Shown here: positions 18,801-26,028 of the stretch, in pieces | Layout of the letters: every line of letters begins with the position of its first letter | Position numbering within the stretch: position 1 is the first letter of the stretch | Source of the DNA: Methanobacteriota archaeon | Lineage (GTDB): Archaea > Thermoplasmatota > Thermoplasmata > SG8-5 > JACRNV01 | Length of the DNA stretch: 64,000 bases | Assembly (NCBI GenBank): GCA_016214785.1 | Contig: JACRNV010000028.1 | Span: forward strand, 3,445 to 67,444 | Direction: 5' to 3' | Position numbers and translations under genes: made by a program | Notes under the pieces: model-generated | Database searches by the model: none | What the model was told of the DNA's origin: nothing | What the model saw: the letters and a program-made list of their open reading frames with translations, nothing else

Positions 18801-19835
18801 AACGAGGCCGGCTATATGGTAATACGGGAATGCCAGAAGCAGCGGTAGGGCGAAAATCATCGTATAGATGACCATTAGGCCCAGTATCTCGCGGTTACGC
18901 AACCTGTTCATCAGCACCTGTACCAGCAGATAGGCGGTCAGGATGACATAAGCGTAGATGAAACCGGTCCATGTGAACATGACGGCGAGGAAACAGAAGC
19001 CGCCCATCATGGAATACAGCACGGAACTCCTATTCTCCTTGAAGAAGTCCCTGATGCCGCCAAGAGCCTCGCGCGGCTTGCCCCACGAAGGCACGTAGTC
19101 CCTCTCACCCAGCAGCTTCAGAGCCCTGAGCAGGAAGTAGAACCCCATCATGATCATGAGGAGAGCGAGCGCGTCGTGGTCGGCGTCGCTCAGGACGCTC
19201 CTCTGGAGGTGGCCGGGGCTGAGGGCAAGCAGGAACGCGCCTATGAGGCCCGCCTTCTTGCCGAAGCTCTCCTTCCCGATAAGGTAGGTCGGGAATATCG
19301 TCAGCGCGCCGGCTATGGCAGTGGAGAAGAGGAACGACCACCAGATTGCCACGACATAGTCTCCGCCGAAGAAGGGGGTGAGCATGTAGCCTGCGATTAC
19401 AGTCGTGAAGGGGTACATCGGGGGCCTGGGGTTAACGCCGCTCAGCGGGTAGCTGAGCATCCCGTCCCGGTGCAGGTAATTGCCCGTCTCGTAAGTGTAT
19501 CGGATCGTCCAGTGGTAGTAATAAGAATCGGACCCTCCCGACAGGAGGAACCCGTTCTCGCTCTCTGGCGCTATCCCGAAATACGACCGGATGAAGACGG
19601 CGAGGAGGAAGATGAAGACCAGCGCCACGATGGTGTTCCACTGCTCGGGCCTCAGGCCAATCTTCACCTTGCGGCCCAGCCTCTTGCCCAGGGACTCCCC
19701 TGCGGGGGATGCCCTGGATTGGGCCGGGCGCTCATCGGGCCGGGCGGCTCCTTCTGTGGATGCCTCCGGCTCTTCATCGGTGTCCTTACGCAGGTCAAAG
19801 CTCATCAGGTTCACCGTTTGGGTGCCCGTGCTCAT
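12831..19835 (-). CDS. aglB: Giant AglB/STT3-family oligosaccharyltransferase paralog, 2334 aa if the first ATG is used. It has a polytopic N-terminal membrane domain with the WWDYG catalytic motif, followed by about 1500 aa of beta-sandwich/Ig-like repeats and a C-terminal TM anchor. The likelier start is the second ATG at 19805.
   Basis: FISWWDYGFEVINQGEHP is the STT3 WWDYG motif. Many predicted TM helices lie within about aa 60-700. The C-terminus is ...GIGTAAIVVAIVLVLYYIAKRRRWVG. A TATA-like catatata sits 14 nt upstream of the first ATG, and GGTGA 6 nt upstream of the second ATG (MSFDLRK) favours a start at 19805. Confidence 0.75.
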   Translation of the reverse strand: MSTGTQTVNLMSFDLRKDTDEEPEASTEGAARPDERPAQSRASPAGESLGKRLGRKVKIGLRPEQWNTIVALVFIFLLAVFIRSYFGIAPESENGFLLSGGSDSYYYHWTIRYTYETGNYLHRDGMLSYPLSGVNPRPPMYPFTTVIAGYMLTPFFGGDYVVAIWWSFLFSTAIAGALTIFPTYLIGKESFGKKAGLIGAFLLALSPGHLQRSVLSDADHDALALLMIMMGFYFLLRALKLLGERDYVPSWGKPREALGGIRDFFKENRSSVLYSMMGGFCFLAVMFTWTGFIYAYVILTAYLLVQVLMNRLRNREILGLMVIYTMIFALPLLLAFPYYHIAGLVAGWWDLPGYIYLGTTGIAAILMLTRKYPWTLVLASMALLAVIAVAAIFVASPTLYGSLVDKIASASGYFITSKQYETIAEAQAPPFSNLATSFGLITFWLSIAGLGLGLYQLPKKLKPDFIFIILLMIFSIYMAVISARFMFNAAPGFAIMAGWVIAMLLDKLDLKGEISRQSRFRGATIFGTSGIMVALLAMGLAIAGAVAGYYYLNNLAPVALGVSAVLVILFMLYTYGLRAKDRYYLAAMIPLLVALALYIAYYSGFKRTVDHAWVPVITAFYLGVLFFIMRETRVRVVAGVLFLAFMVVVPNVWAGLDGGMPYEVKTDYDKRLYQVMPSFTASATYDEVNGSTWYLGGHGYSMPLNNRYWPSAYRWLATQDNGTYPFSERPAFISWWDYGFEVINQGEHPTVADNFLGGHNVAGNFLMAQNESNAISLFCMRLLQGDWYAPLYTEKKDMAFSPGVRDVLVKYNIDPAAVDDAFRNPQNYKAEILAHPEIYGPRDSRVQDENARILKAMAIISMSMNQTQVTGLYHDLRDATGKSIRYFAVDSRLFPFSADNTGIFYAPAKLSDHRIKTPNMPYDFWEIKGVGEYGGEYDINDVPKDVQITDYKLVYHDMFYKTMLYKCFIGYSGPDVGQSNDSGIPGLSGSLQNQPAMPGYMMKNFRIFHRTAYYNPYPMEQVRNHTDAWTAMNYDDAVALQAKIQAGEAEGVVDLSTQSSLYQGVNMLKYYDGAIVQGQIRLRGGPPVEGLRVTVQDMYQIPHDSVLTDSDGRYSLLAPMGNVSIIVSSGEPLKMTMVGTELNNTKMFIRDDQAMREQLDLDGNGIPDYIITHSPVLEPANVSGIVYIDSNGDGNRNPDETTLPGADLDYGALAFNMSYAAKTDSAGNYSIPGMAQGNYRLIVTYNGVNIASEDSVSVTYSNTGFVKNIGTTPVNLSGHVADELNFGIGQALVNITDSQGHNVESAITDGSGNFNVSLVVGNYTYRASSGNYWSIPAPIEVRKLTNSTLNITVYPAAPLTVQATIQGAPAANLSVTFQNLNDPKRSVMLFADGAGKLEDRIPFGFYSVYASREVSGSEFAYLGNLRVTDAVSIDVALQPAGRLNGRLLTGGSFEPSPDAKVQIEGSGTFYTRTNPADRFTALLPYGQYNVTVMNDDLGAIWLGMKQRVSVSAATTTIEVDVGAAQEYGGIIYNDTTRNGAFDEGEGLPGYGQVVDAAGTRDIYTDLSGRFLVKYLGENPTMTAYSPGYASMTYTDETRPMSRNPENAVYWYFDLSPRRISVSGGVRTNDGTTLDGGKVVAERLFSKEVYEMPIIGNAYSGELPPAEYNLTLSFKVSDTVVYELRERSLGLRLGLSEEPVMIDLLAEMRYLVNVSAAMAGQQHITNYTFTGEESLSLSALGETVISLKGGNYTATAVAGTNGTVVTGYERFFVPTAGNVTVALNESSLVTGSVDFQGAKMKNVPVSAIEAKTGATFSAVTDNETGDFKLYLPTRQTYNFTSDFKQNSTDGSVEREYHYKGVTNNVTASVGSQFVPVRAQRDIVNASVKGAVGGLAAPASAALQLFASGGGGISSQANLSANGSFQTELAPGSYVAYLASPDERAGLLRAFNLTREGTELALAATEAFKLSGNLYYGAGTPADNASISIKFLGVERKLSADSLGYFETWLPQATYEVAATLDVLEGGITVPYSMSSTAEMSRSTRLSSELSKEKTYGVEIVWDTAQKRTFVQGSEAIYTFDVNNKGNVPDTYTLSTSQEPTWDVKLNLSQISLGSGESMPVRAVITIPADAKTDHTPINVLARSKLIGSTASITKTLDVPIYHNYTVSTFLSPSPPTVSGSNVSFGVSMTNGGNGPDNCSVTCLNEEELARFGWTFSWEPSVGWTINNTTATVAQMKGGEFKEVRFTLKKARADAEPGVVVKLVGKSLDDPDGARSLLDVSVPLMSADVQMVEVKGDLVTAQTPWDAQLQGIGTAAIVVAIVLVLYYIAKRRRWVG

Positions 19836-20100
19836 AATGCTGGTTCTATATATGCCTTGCCTTTAAGTGAGATAATAGCTCACACACCACAACCATCTAA
19901 AAAGCATAGACCCATCCTGCCCTAGACCACCTGTGCAATTAGCGTTGGTCTGGGTATTGGTCAGGCAATAAATAGTATGGTTCTTCCTGACCTTCGGCTC
20001 GCTCGGCTCTTTCAGTTGTTTCTAGAAATCCTTTTGTCCTATGGCGCATTGTTATATGCGCAACACATGGATTGAGGGCGACCGCAATTAGAATAGGTAG

Positions 20101-20925
20101 GTGCAAAAAGTGCCTAACAGTATTAAGTCCTGCTACGGAAAAGAGGCTCGGAAGGAATGGAATAGGCTCGCGAAGGACACATTCCACAGGCTCGAGTTCG
20201 ATACCACCATGCATTTCCTGGAGCGTTATCTCCCAAGGAAGGGGATAATATTGGACGCGGGCTGCGGTCCGGGCAGATATTCGATTGAGCTCACAAAGAG
20301 AGGCTACGATGTCGTATTGCTGGATATTACCCCGGAAATGCTTGATTTCGCTAAGCAGGAAGTTAAAAAGGCTCGCACCAGCCAAAGGGTGAAGGGGGTT
20401 GTTGAGGGCTCTATCCTTGACCTAGCGGATTTCCAGGACGGTGAATTCGAGGCAGTCCTTTGTCTTGGCTCGGTTTTAGGGCATATCAAAGGGGCTGGGA
20501 GGCGTGCGAATGCAATGTGCGAGCTGAGACGGGTCGCGAAGAAAGGCGCGCCCATCTTCGTTTCCGTTGTTGGGAAGGTGGCTGTGCTGAAAGCCATGCA
20601 ACTATACTGGCAGGGGGAAATAATGGCAACGCGCAATTTCAAAAGGATTGTCGAGACCGGCGACGACCATCACTGGCACACCGGTTTCTACTGCCACTTC
20701 TTTATGCTGGACGAATTGCAGAAAATATTCGAAAACGCGGGGATTAAAGTACTGGCATCCGCCGGTCTTGAGGGAATCTCGATAAGGGGGGAGCACGGCA
20801 TAAACAAACATTCTGGAAATGCGAAAATCATGGACAACTGGATGTGGGCGCATGGCAAGCTCTGCACCGATCCCACGGTCGCCGGAGGAAGCGAGCACAT
20901 CCTGATTGTTGGAAGGAAGGTTTAA
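20101..20925 (+). CDS. Class I SAM-dependent methyltransferase, 274 aa, with a GTG start.
   Basis: Motif I is ILDAGCGPGRYS, with acidic post-I DVVLLD. The RBS-like aggtag precedes the GTG. Confidence 0.7.
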   Translation: MQKVPNSIKSCYGKEARKEWNRLAKDTFHRLEFDTTMHFLERYLPRKGIILDAGCGPGRYSIELTKRGYDVVLLDITPEMLDFAKQEVKKARTSQRVKGVVEGSILDLADFQDGEFEAVLCLGSVLGHIKGAGRRANAMCELRRVAKKGAPIFVSVVGKVAVLKAMQLYWQGEIMATRNFKRIVETGDDHHWHTGFYCHFFMLDELQKIFENAGIKVLASAGLEGISIRGEHGINKHSGNAKIMDNWMWAHGKLCTDPTVAGGSEHILIVGRKV

Positions 20926-20928
20926 ACG

Positions 20929-21585
20929 ATGGATGTAGATATCAAGCATGCAATGCGCCCCTACGTCATCATCAACTGCGCCTCCTCCGCGGACGGCAAG
21001 CTCGCGTTAAAGACCAGAAAGCAGACGCGCATCTCCTCCGAACAGGACATAGAGCGCGTCCAGAGGCTGCGCGCGAGCTGCGACGCCATTCTCGTGGGCG
21101 TCGGAACCGTCCTGGCGGACGACCCATCGCTCCTCGTCAACCCCAAGTTCATGACGGGGGGGAAGCAGCCGATTCGCGTCGTCCTCGACTCAAGGCTCAG
21201 AACACCGCCTTCGGCCAAGGTCCTCTCGGGGGGCGCCAAGACGATCATCTTCGTCTCCGAAGGCCACAGAGGCAATCAGAAGGGCGCCGATGTCGTCGAA
21301 GCCGGAAAAGGCCCTGTGGACATCGGCGCCGCGCTCGCCCACCTATCTAGACTGGGGGTACGGCGGCTCATGGTCGAGGGGGGCGGCACGGTCATATGGT
21401 CGTTCCTCCGAAGCGGGTTCTGGGACGAGCTCAAGGTCTTCGTGGGCTGCATCGCGCTCGGCGGCGGCGGGCCGACCGTGGCCGATGGCGAAGGCGCGGC
21501 CAGCCTTGCCGGGGCTGTGCGGATGAGGCTTGCCAAATCCACGCCCATGGAGGGCGGCATACTGCTGGAGTACGCGCCCGCATGA
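20929..21585 (+). CDS. RibD C-terminal-domain reductase (archaeal 2,5-diamino-6-ribosylamino-4(3H)-pyrimidinone 5'-phosphate reductase-type, COG1985).
   Basis: YVIINCASSADGKLA...RVQRLRASCDAILVGVGTVLADDP...RLMVEGGGTV matches the DHFR-like RibD-C fold. A strong RBS ggaaggaagg precedes the ATG. Confidence 0.65.
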   Translation: MDVDIKHAMRPYVIINCASSADGKLALKTRKQTRISSEQDIERVQRLRASCDAILVGVGTVLADDPSLLVNPKFMTGGKQPIRVVLDSRLRTPPSAKVLSGGAKTIIFVSEGHRGNQKGADVVEAGKGPVDIGAALAHLSRLGVRRLMVEGGGTVIWSFLRSGFWDELKVFVGCIALGGGGPTVADGEGAASLAGAVRMRLAKSTPMEGGILLEYAPA

Positions 21586-22046
21586 CGCGCCTTCTCGTCG
21601 ACACCATGCTCGGCACCCTGGCGAAGTGGCTCAGGGCGGCGGGCTTCGACACCGCGTACATGCCCCACGCCAGGGACGACCGGCTCCTTCAAATCGCGGA
21701 GAGCGAGGGTAGAATATTGCTAACGCGAGACAGGGGGCTGGCGACGCGCGCGCCCCCTGGCAAGTCCCTGCACGTCCCGGCGGCGGACCTGGACGGCCAG
21801 CTCCGGTTCGTGATTGAAAAACTGCGGCTGGAAATGGACGCGCCGCTCTCCCGTTGCCTCGTGTGCAATGCGCCGCTCGAAACTCTCCCCAAAGAAAAAG
21901 CGAGGGGCATGGTCCCCGAGGGCGTGCTGGAAAAGCAGTCCGAGTTCTGGCGCTGCCCCCGATGCGACAAGGCGTACTGGCCGGGCAGCCACCACTCCGC
22001 CATGCAGGCGAAGCTTCAGGCCTTCTTCGGGCGCTCCTCCGAGTAA
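21582..22046 (+). CDS. Mut7-C (DUF82) domain protein: a PIN-like nuclease fold with a C-terminal zinc ribbon, 154 aa. Its ATG overlaps the upstream stop (ATGA).
   Basis: MTRLLVDTMLGTLAKWLRAAGFDTAY...RCLVCNAPL...CPRCDKAYW has the Mut7-C architecture. Confidence 0.6.
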   Translation: MTRLLVDTMLGTLAKWLRAAGFDTAYMPHARDDRLLQIAESEGRILLTRDRGLATRAPPGKSLHVPAADLDGQLRFVIEKLRLEMDAPLSRCLVCNAPLETLPKEKARGMVPEGVLEKQSEFWRCPRCDKAYWPGSHHSAMQAKLQAFFGRSSE

Positions 22047-22987
22047 AACTCCTCGCTGACGACCTTGCCGGTTGCAGCATTCAAAATCATCACGCCGCGC
22101 AGCCCCTCTATGCACCACATCGGGACGAAGACCAGCCCCTTGGGCGAGAGGGTGATGTCCCCCCTGTCCGGGCGGACCACAACGCGCTCGACGACGGTGG
22201 AATGTTCCTTCTCGGTCAGCAGCTCGACGTTCTCGGTGTTGAGCTCGGCGGCCCGGACGAGCGCGGCCCTCTCCGCGCCCTGGGCGTCTATCTTGGGCTC
22301 CAGGCGGACATGCGCGTCCTGGACATCGGTGACGACGTCGCCAATCGCTCCCCACGCGCTGGCCTCGCCGGTGAGGCCGTTGACGCCTATCGTGCCCGCG
22401 CGCTTGTCCATGCTCTCGACGCCCTTGATGCGCACGACGCAGAGGTACTCGTAGAAGAAGAAGGGCACGAGCTCCATGTGCTGCCTGAACCCGGAGATGG
22501 TCTTGTCCCCTATCTCCTTGGCGTGCTCGGCCCCGAGTATGGGCCTCATTATCATCTCGCGCTCCGCCCCGCCGCTCTCGACGAGTAGCGGGAGCTTCGC
22601 CCCTCCGTTCGCAGGCTCGGCGGCCGCATTGATGTCGGGGGAGCTCAGCGCCTCGAAGATGCTCCCCTCGCTCCCGTCCACGTGCGAGACGATGGCCCTG
22701 CCCAGCTCCTCCTCTATCGCCGCCTTGTCCCATACAGTGATGGAGCGCTTCTCCAGGCGCTCCCTCGTCTCCTGCGTAACGTCATCCAGAAAGGCGGCGA
22801 TTTTTCCCCCGTCCCTTTCCCGCACGGCCTCGATGAAGCGGCCGACATCCTCCTTGGCCGCGCCCTGGAAAACGCCAACGGTGACGGTCGCGCCGTCCTT
22901 CGTCCCCTCTATCAGCCCGTCCCGTGCGCTGACCTCGAATCCGTACCGCTGGAGGACGCGCACGACCAGGTTGTGGAAGCTTACCAT
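22016..22987 (-). CDS. Hypothetical protein of 323 aa with an N-terminal Mrr-cat-like (restriction-endonuclease-fold) region and an unrecognised C-terminal domain. It is convergent with the Mut7-C gene and overlaps it by 31 nt.
   Basis: The N-terminal FHNLVVRVLQRYGFEVSARDGLIEGTKDGATVTVGVFQGAAKEDVGRFIEAVRERDGGKIAAF resembles the Mrr N-terminal nuclease-fold topology. The remainder has no recognised motifs. Confidence 0.35.
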   Translation of the reverse strand: MVSFHNLVVRVLQRYGFEVSARDGLIEGTKDGATVTVGVFQGAAKEDVGRFIEAVRERDGGKIAAFLDDVTQETRERLEKRSITVWDKAAIEEELGRAIVSHVDGSEGSIFEALSSPDINAAAEPANGGAKLPLLVESGGAEREMIMRPILGAEHAKEIGDKTISGFRQHMELVPFFFYEYLCVVRIKGVESMDKRAGTIGVNGLTGEASAWGAIGDVVTDVQDAHVRLEPKIDAQGAERAALVRAAELNTENVELLTEKEHSTVVERVVVRPDRGDITLSPKGLVFVPMWCIEGLRGVMILNAATGKVVSEEFYSEERPKKA

Positions 22988-23177
22988 GCCAAAGGGCGAA
23001 GGCGATTAAGGTTTTAAATGGTTTGCGCCGTGGCGTGCTGGAAGGCCCTCCAGAGCGTGTAATTCCCTTTCGAAATCTATATATATGAACCGACTATTAC
23101 GATGCTTTCGGAAAGCGCCTCTCTCAAACCGCGCGGGTTTTTTGCCTGTAGGGGCTTGGGAAATGGAGGGAAAAACA

Positions 23178-25994
23178 ATGAGAAAAGACAGTTCGAACTT
23201 GGGGGTTCGATGTATTGCGCTGGCGATCGCGGTTGTACTACTGGCAGGCCCTATCGCTGCATTTTCCATGCAGAGGGCGGCCGGGGACAGCGCCACCCTT
23301 GGCGGCAAGTACGGGGGGGTCCTCAGGGTCGCCTTGCGTGGAGTGCCTGGCCCCATCAGCCCGCTCGCCTCGAACGACGCGGACACGGGCAAGATCGTGG
23401 ACCTCGTCTACGACTCCCTCGCGCGCGTCGATTCCACGTCTCTCGCGGTAATCCCATGGGTCGCAGACTCTTGGAACATCACGAACGAGACGTGGATGAA
23501 CGTCACGGTCTTCGTCAAGAACTACGTCAAGTGGCACGACGGCTCCGCGCTCACTCTCAGGGACATCAAGTGGACGTACAACCTCTCCGGTTACGCCCCG
23601 TCCTATATAACGGAAATGCTGCTCAACGAGACGGCCAACACGATAACGTTCTGCATGCAGAACCCGAACGGCTCGTTCCTCGTCGATGGCCTACAGCTCA
23701 AGCTCGTCCCGTACGGGTTCGGCAACGGCAGCGCGCCAAAGGGGTGCGGCCCGTACAAGTTCAGGGCCAATGCGACAGGCTATGTCGAGCTGGAGACGTT
23801 CGAGGACTATTTCAAGGGACGCGCGTACCTGGACGGCATCAACTTCACCTACTACAACCAGCCGACGAACAGGACCGAGTTCGCGATGGTGGACCTCATG
23901 AACGACACGCTTGACACGATTGGCTGGAACCTCGACCCGCTCGAGGCGAGCCAGAACGTCCTCGTCAACGGCAACGCGACCAACCTCAAGGCGCACAACA
24001 ACACGGCCGAGGTCACGCCGCCGAGCCTCAGGCAGCTCGTGCTCGGGCTGAACTGCGGGCAGGGGATGTACCTGAGCGAGCTCGCAGTGAGGAGGGCCAT
24101 AGCCTACGCAACGGACAAGGACGCGCTCTGGAAGTTCAACCAGGGGGACACCCTTGTCGCGAAAACGGTTATCCCGTCCGAGGACTTCACCTGGTTCAAC
24201 TCGACGACGGCGAGCATCCCCCTCGACACGACCATGGCCAACGACATACTCAACCAGGCCGGCTATTACGACGTTAACTTCGACGGATACAGGGAGCTCC
24301 CCAACGGAACAAAGTTCTTCATGAGGTTCCTTGCCCCGACGTCCGAGGAGAACCTCCAGATATACGGCTTCGCGGACATCATACAGAAAGGGCTCGACAA
24401 GATTGGCCTGAACGTCACGCTCGTATTCGACACGCCCGCCAACAGGACCGCGATGGTAAACGCCGACAACTACGACCTCTTCATTGGCTTCGAGGAGAGA
24501 TTGACAGTGAAGCCGCTGTCGCTCTTCCCGATGTTCTACTCGCCCGACATCGCGGCGGGGTCGAACCTCTACAACTTCAAGGGTGCCGCGAACGTGACCA
24601 ACGTGACGGTCAGGACCGACAGCGCTACCTCCACGGGCATGCTCGCCCACACCAACATAGTCGGGACCAAGCCCATCGTGGCATGGAGGAACGGGGTGCT
24701 GTGGGGCAGCGCCGTAAACCAGACCATCATGGCGTACAACGGGACGGACTACGTCCTCCTGCGGAACGTCAGCATCGCCTCCGCCAGTGTTTCATTCTAC
24801 AAATGGGCCGGGGGCCTCTCCACGCTCGTCCCGACCACGAACTTCACTCTCAACCTGGGCACCGGGAACGTCAGCTTCTCGGCAGGCTATCTCCAGGCCG
24901 GCGACATAGTCACCGCTTTCTACAACTACACGACTTACCAGATGCTCGACCTCATAGCGGGGAAGATACAGATACTCAACAACTTCGACATCCAGAACGA
25001 CACCCTGACCATGAGCTACTCGTACATCGCGTTCGACGACGCCGTCCAGAAGGTCTGGAGGGACAACAGCACGGCGGCCGTGGTCGCGCACTACAAGGAG
25101 GCGCAGGGCGCAGTCGCCGACCTGGTGCCGGTCGTCCCGCTGCTCACTTACAAGTTCGTCAACTCCTATGACAGGCGCGTGTACACCGGCTGGGTCGAGA
25201 TGCTCGACGGCATTCACAACTTCTGGTCCTTCATACGCGTGCACGCGATAATGACCGACGCCGCGCTCATCTTCTCGGCGAGCGCGTTCCCCGGCTACGC
25301 GACGTCCGGCGGCACGCTCAGCGTCAAGATGAGGCTCGACGACGAGAACGGCGCGGCGGTCTCCGGGGCGCACATCAGCTTCACGCCGTCCGACGGCTTC
25401 TCGAACATCACCGACAACGGCGACGGGACATACACGGCGACGTTCACGGCGCCGGAGGTCTCCGAAGCGGAGACGATCACCACGACGGTACATGCGGCGA
25501 AGCGCAGCTACGAGCCGGTTGATGTGTCAATGCCGATAACGGTGCACCCGGTCCAGTGCTACTTCGCAATCGAGGTCAAGTTCGACAACAGCACCGCCGC
25601 CTCAGATACTTTGATGGGCGTGACCGTTACCGTCCGCGACGACACCAACAGGTCGCTTATAACGAACGCCAACGTGACGCTGACGATATCGCCGTCCGGG
25701 GTTGGCGCCACGCTCGACAACATCACAGGCGTCACGAACTCGGCCGGCCAGTTCAAGGCCAAGGTCAACGTCAGCAAGGTCACGGTCGACACCTACTTCA
25801 GGGTGACGGCGAGCGTGTCCAAGGCCGGATACCTCTCGGACAGCGGCACCGCGACGCTCTTCGTCCCCAAGTATGGCGGCGAGCAGCCGAACAACGGCAT
25901 CCTCGGTCTTTCGGGGCCATCCCCGCTGATGGTCATTAGTGTACTTGGTCTGGTCGCGGTCGCGATGGCCCTGGCGCGGAGAAGGCGCAGGTAA
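23178..25994 (+). CDS. Surface-anchored ABC-transporter substrate-binding protein of family 5 (OppA/DppA-like), with a C-terminal Ig-like extension and C-terminal TM anchor. It is heavily sequon-rich and 938 aa long from the RBS-supported ATG.
   Basis: SBP_bac_5 signatures are VYDSLARVDSTSLAVIPWVADSW and VKNYVKWHDGSALTLRDIKWTYN. There are many N-x-T/S sequons. The C-terminus is ...LMVISVLGLVAVAMALARRRRR. GGAGGG lies 6 nt upstream of the ATG at 23178. Confidence 0.7.
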   Translation: MRKDSSNLGVRCIALAIAVVLLAGPIAAFSMQRAAGDSATLGGKYGGVLRVALRGVPGPISPLASNDADTGKIVDLVYDSLARVDSTSLAVIPWVADSWNITNETWMNVTVFVKNYVKWHDGSALTLRDIKWTYNLSGYAPSYITEMLLNETANTITFCMQNPNGSFLVDGLQLKLVPYGFGNGSAPKGCGPYKFRANATGYVELETFEDYFKGRAYLDGINFTYYNQPTNRTEFAMVDLMNDTLDTIGWNLDPLEASQNVLVNGNATNLKAHNNTAEVTPPSLRQLVLGLNCGQGMYLSELAVRRAIAYATDKDALWKFNQGDTLVAKTVIPSEDFTWFNSTTASIPLDTTMANDILNQAGYYDVNFDGYRELPNGTKFFMRFLAPTSEENLQIYGFADIIQKGLDKIGLNVTLVFDTPANRTAMVNADNYDLFIGFEERLTVKPLSLFPMFYSPDIAAGSNLYNFKGAANVTNVTVRTDSATSTGMLAHTNIVGTKPIVAWRNGVLWGSAVNQTIMAYNGTDYVLLRNVSIASASVSFYKWAGGLSTLVPTTNFTLNLGTGNVSFSAGYLQAGDIVTAFYNYTTYQMLDLIAGKIQILNNFDIQNDTLTMSYSYIAFDDAVQKVWRDNSTAAVVAHYKEAQGAVADLVPVVPLLTYKFVNSYDRRVYTGWVEMLDGIHNFWSFIRVHAIMTDAALIFSASAFPGYATSGGTLSVKMRLDDENGAAVSGAHISFTPSDGFSNITDNGDGTYTATFTAPEVSEAETITTTVHAAKRSYEPVDVSMPITVHPVQCYFAIEVKFDNSTAASDTLMGVTVTVRDDTNRSLITNANVTLTISPSGVGATLDNITGVTNSAGQFKAKVNVSKVTVDTYFRVTASVSKAGYLSDSGTATLFVPKYGGEQPNNGILGLSGPSPLMVISVLGLVAVAMALARRRRR

Positions 25995-26028
25995 ATGGTA
26001 TAAACAAGTACGCCTTCCCAGTGCCCTG

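Noticed and set aside
25939-26028. Upstream in-frame start for topA (MYLVWSRSRW...).
   Set aside because: It overlaps the end of the SBP gene. The Toprim domain begins at MATLVIAEK (26029), the canonical topoisomerase N-terminus.
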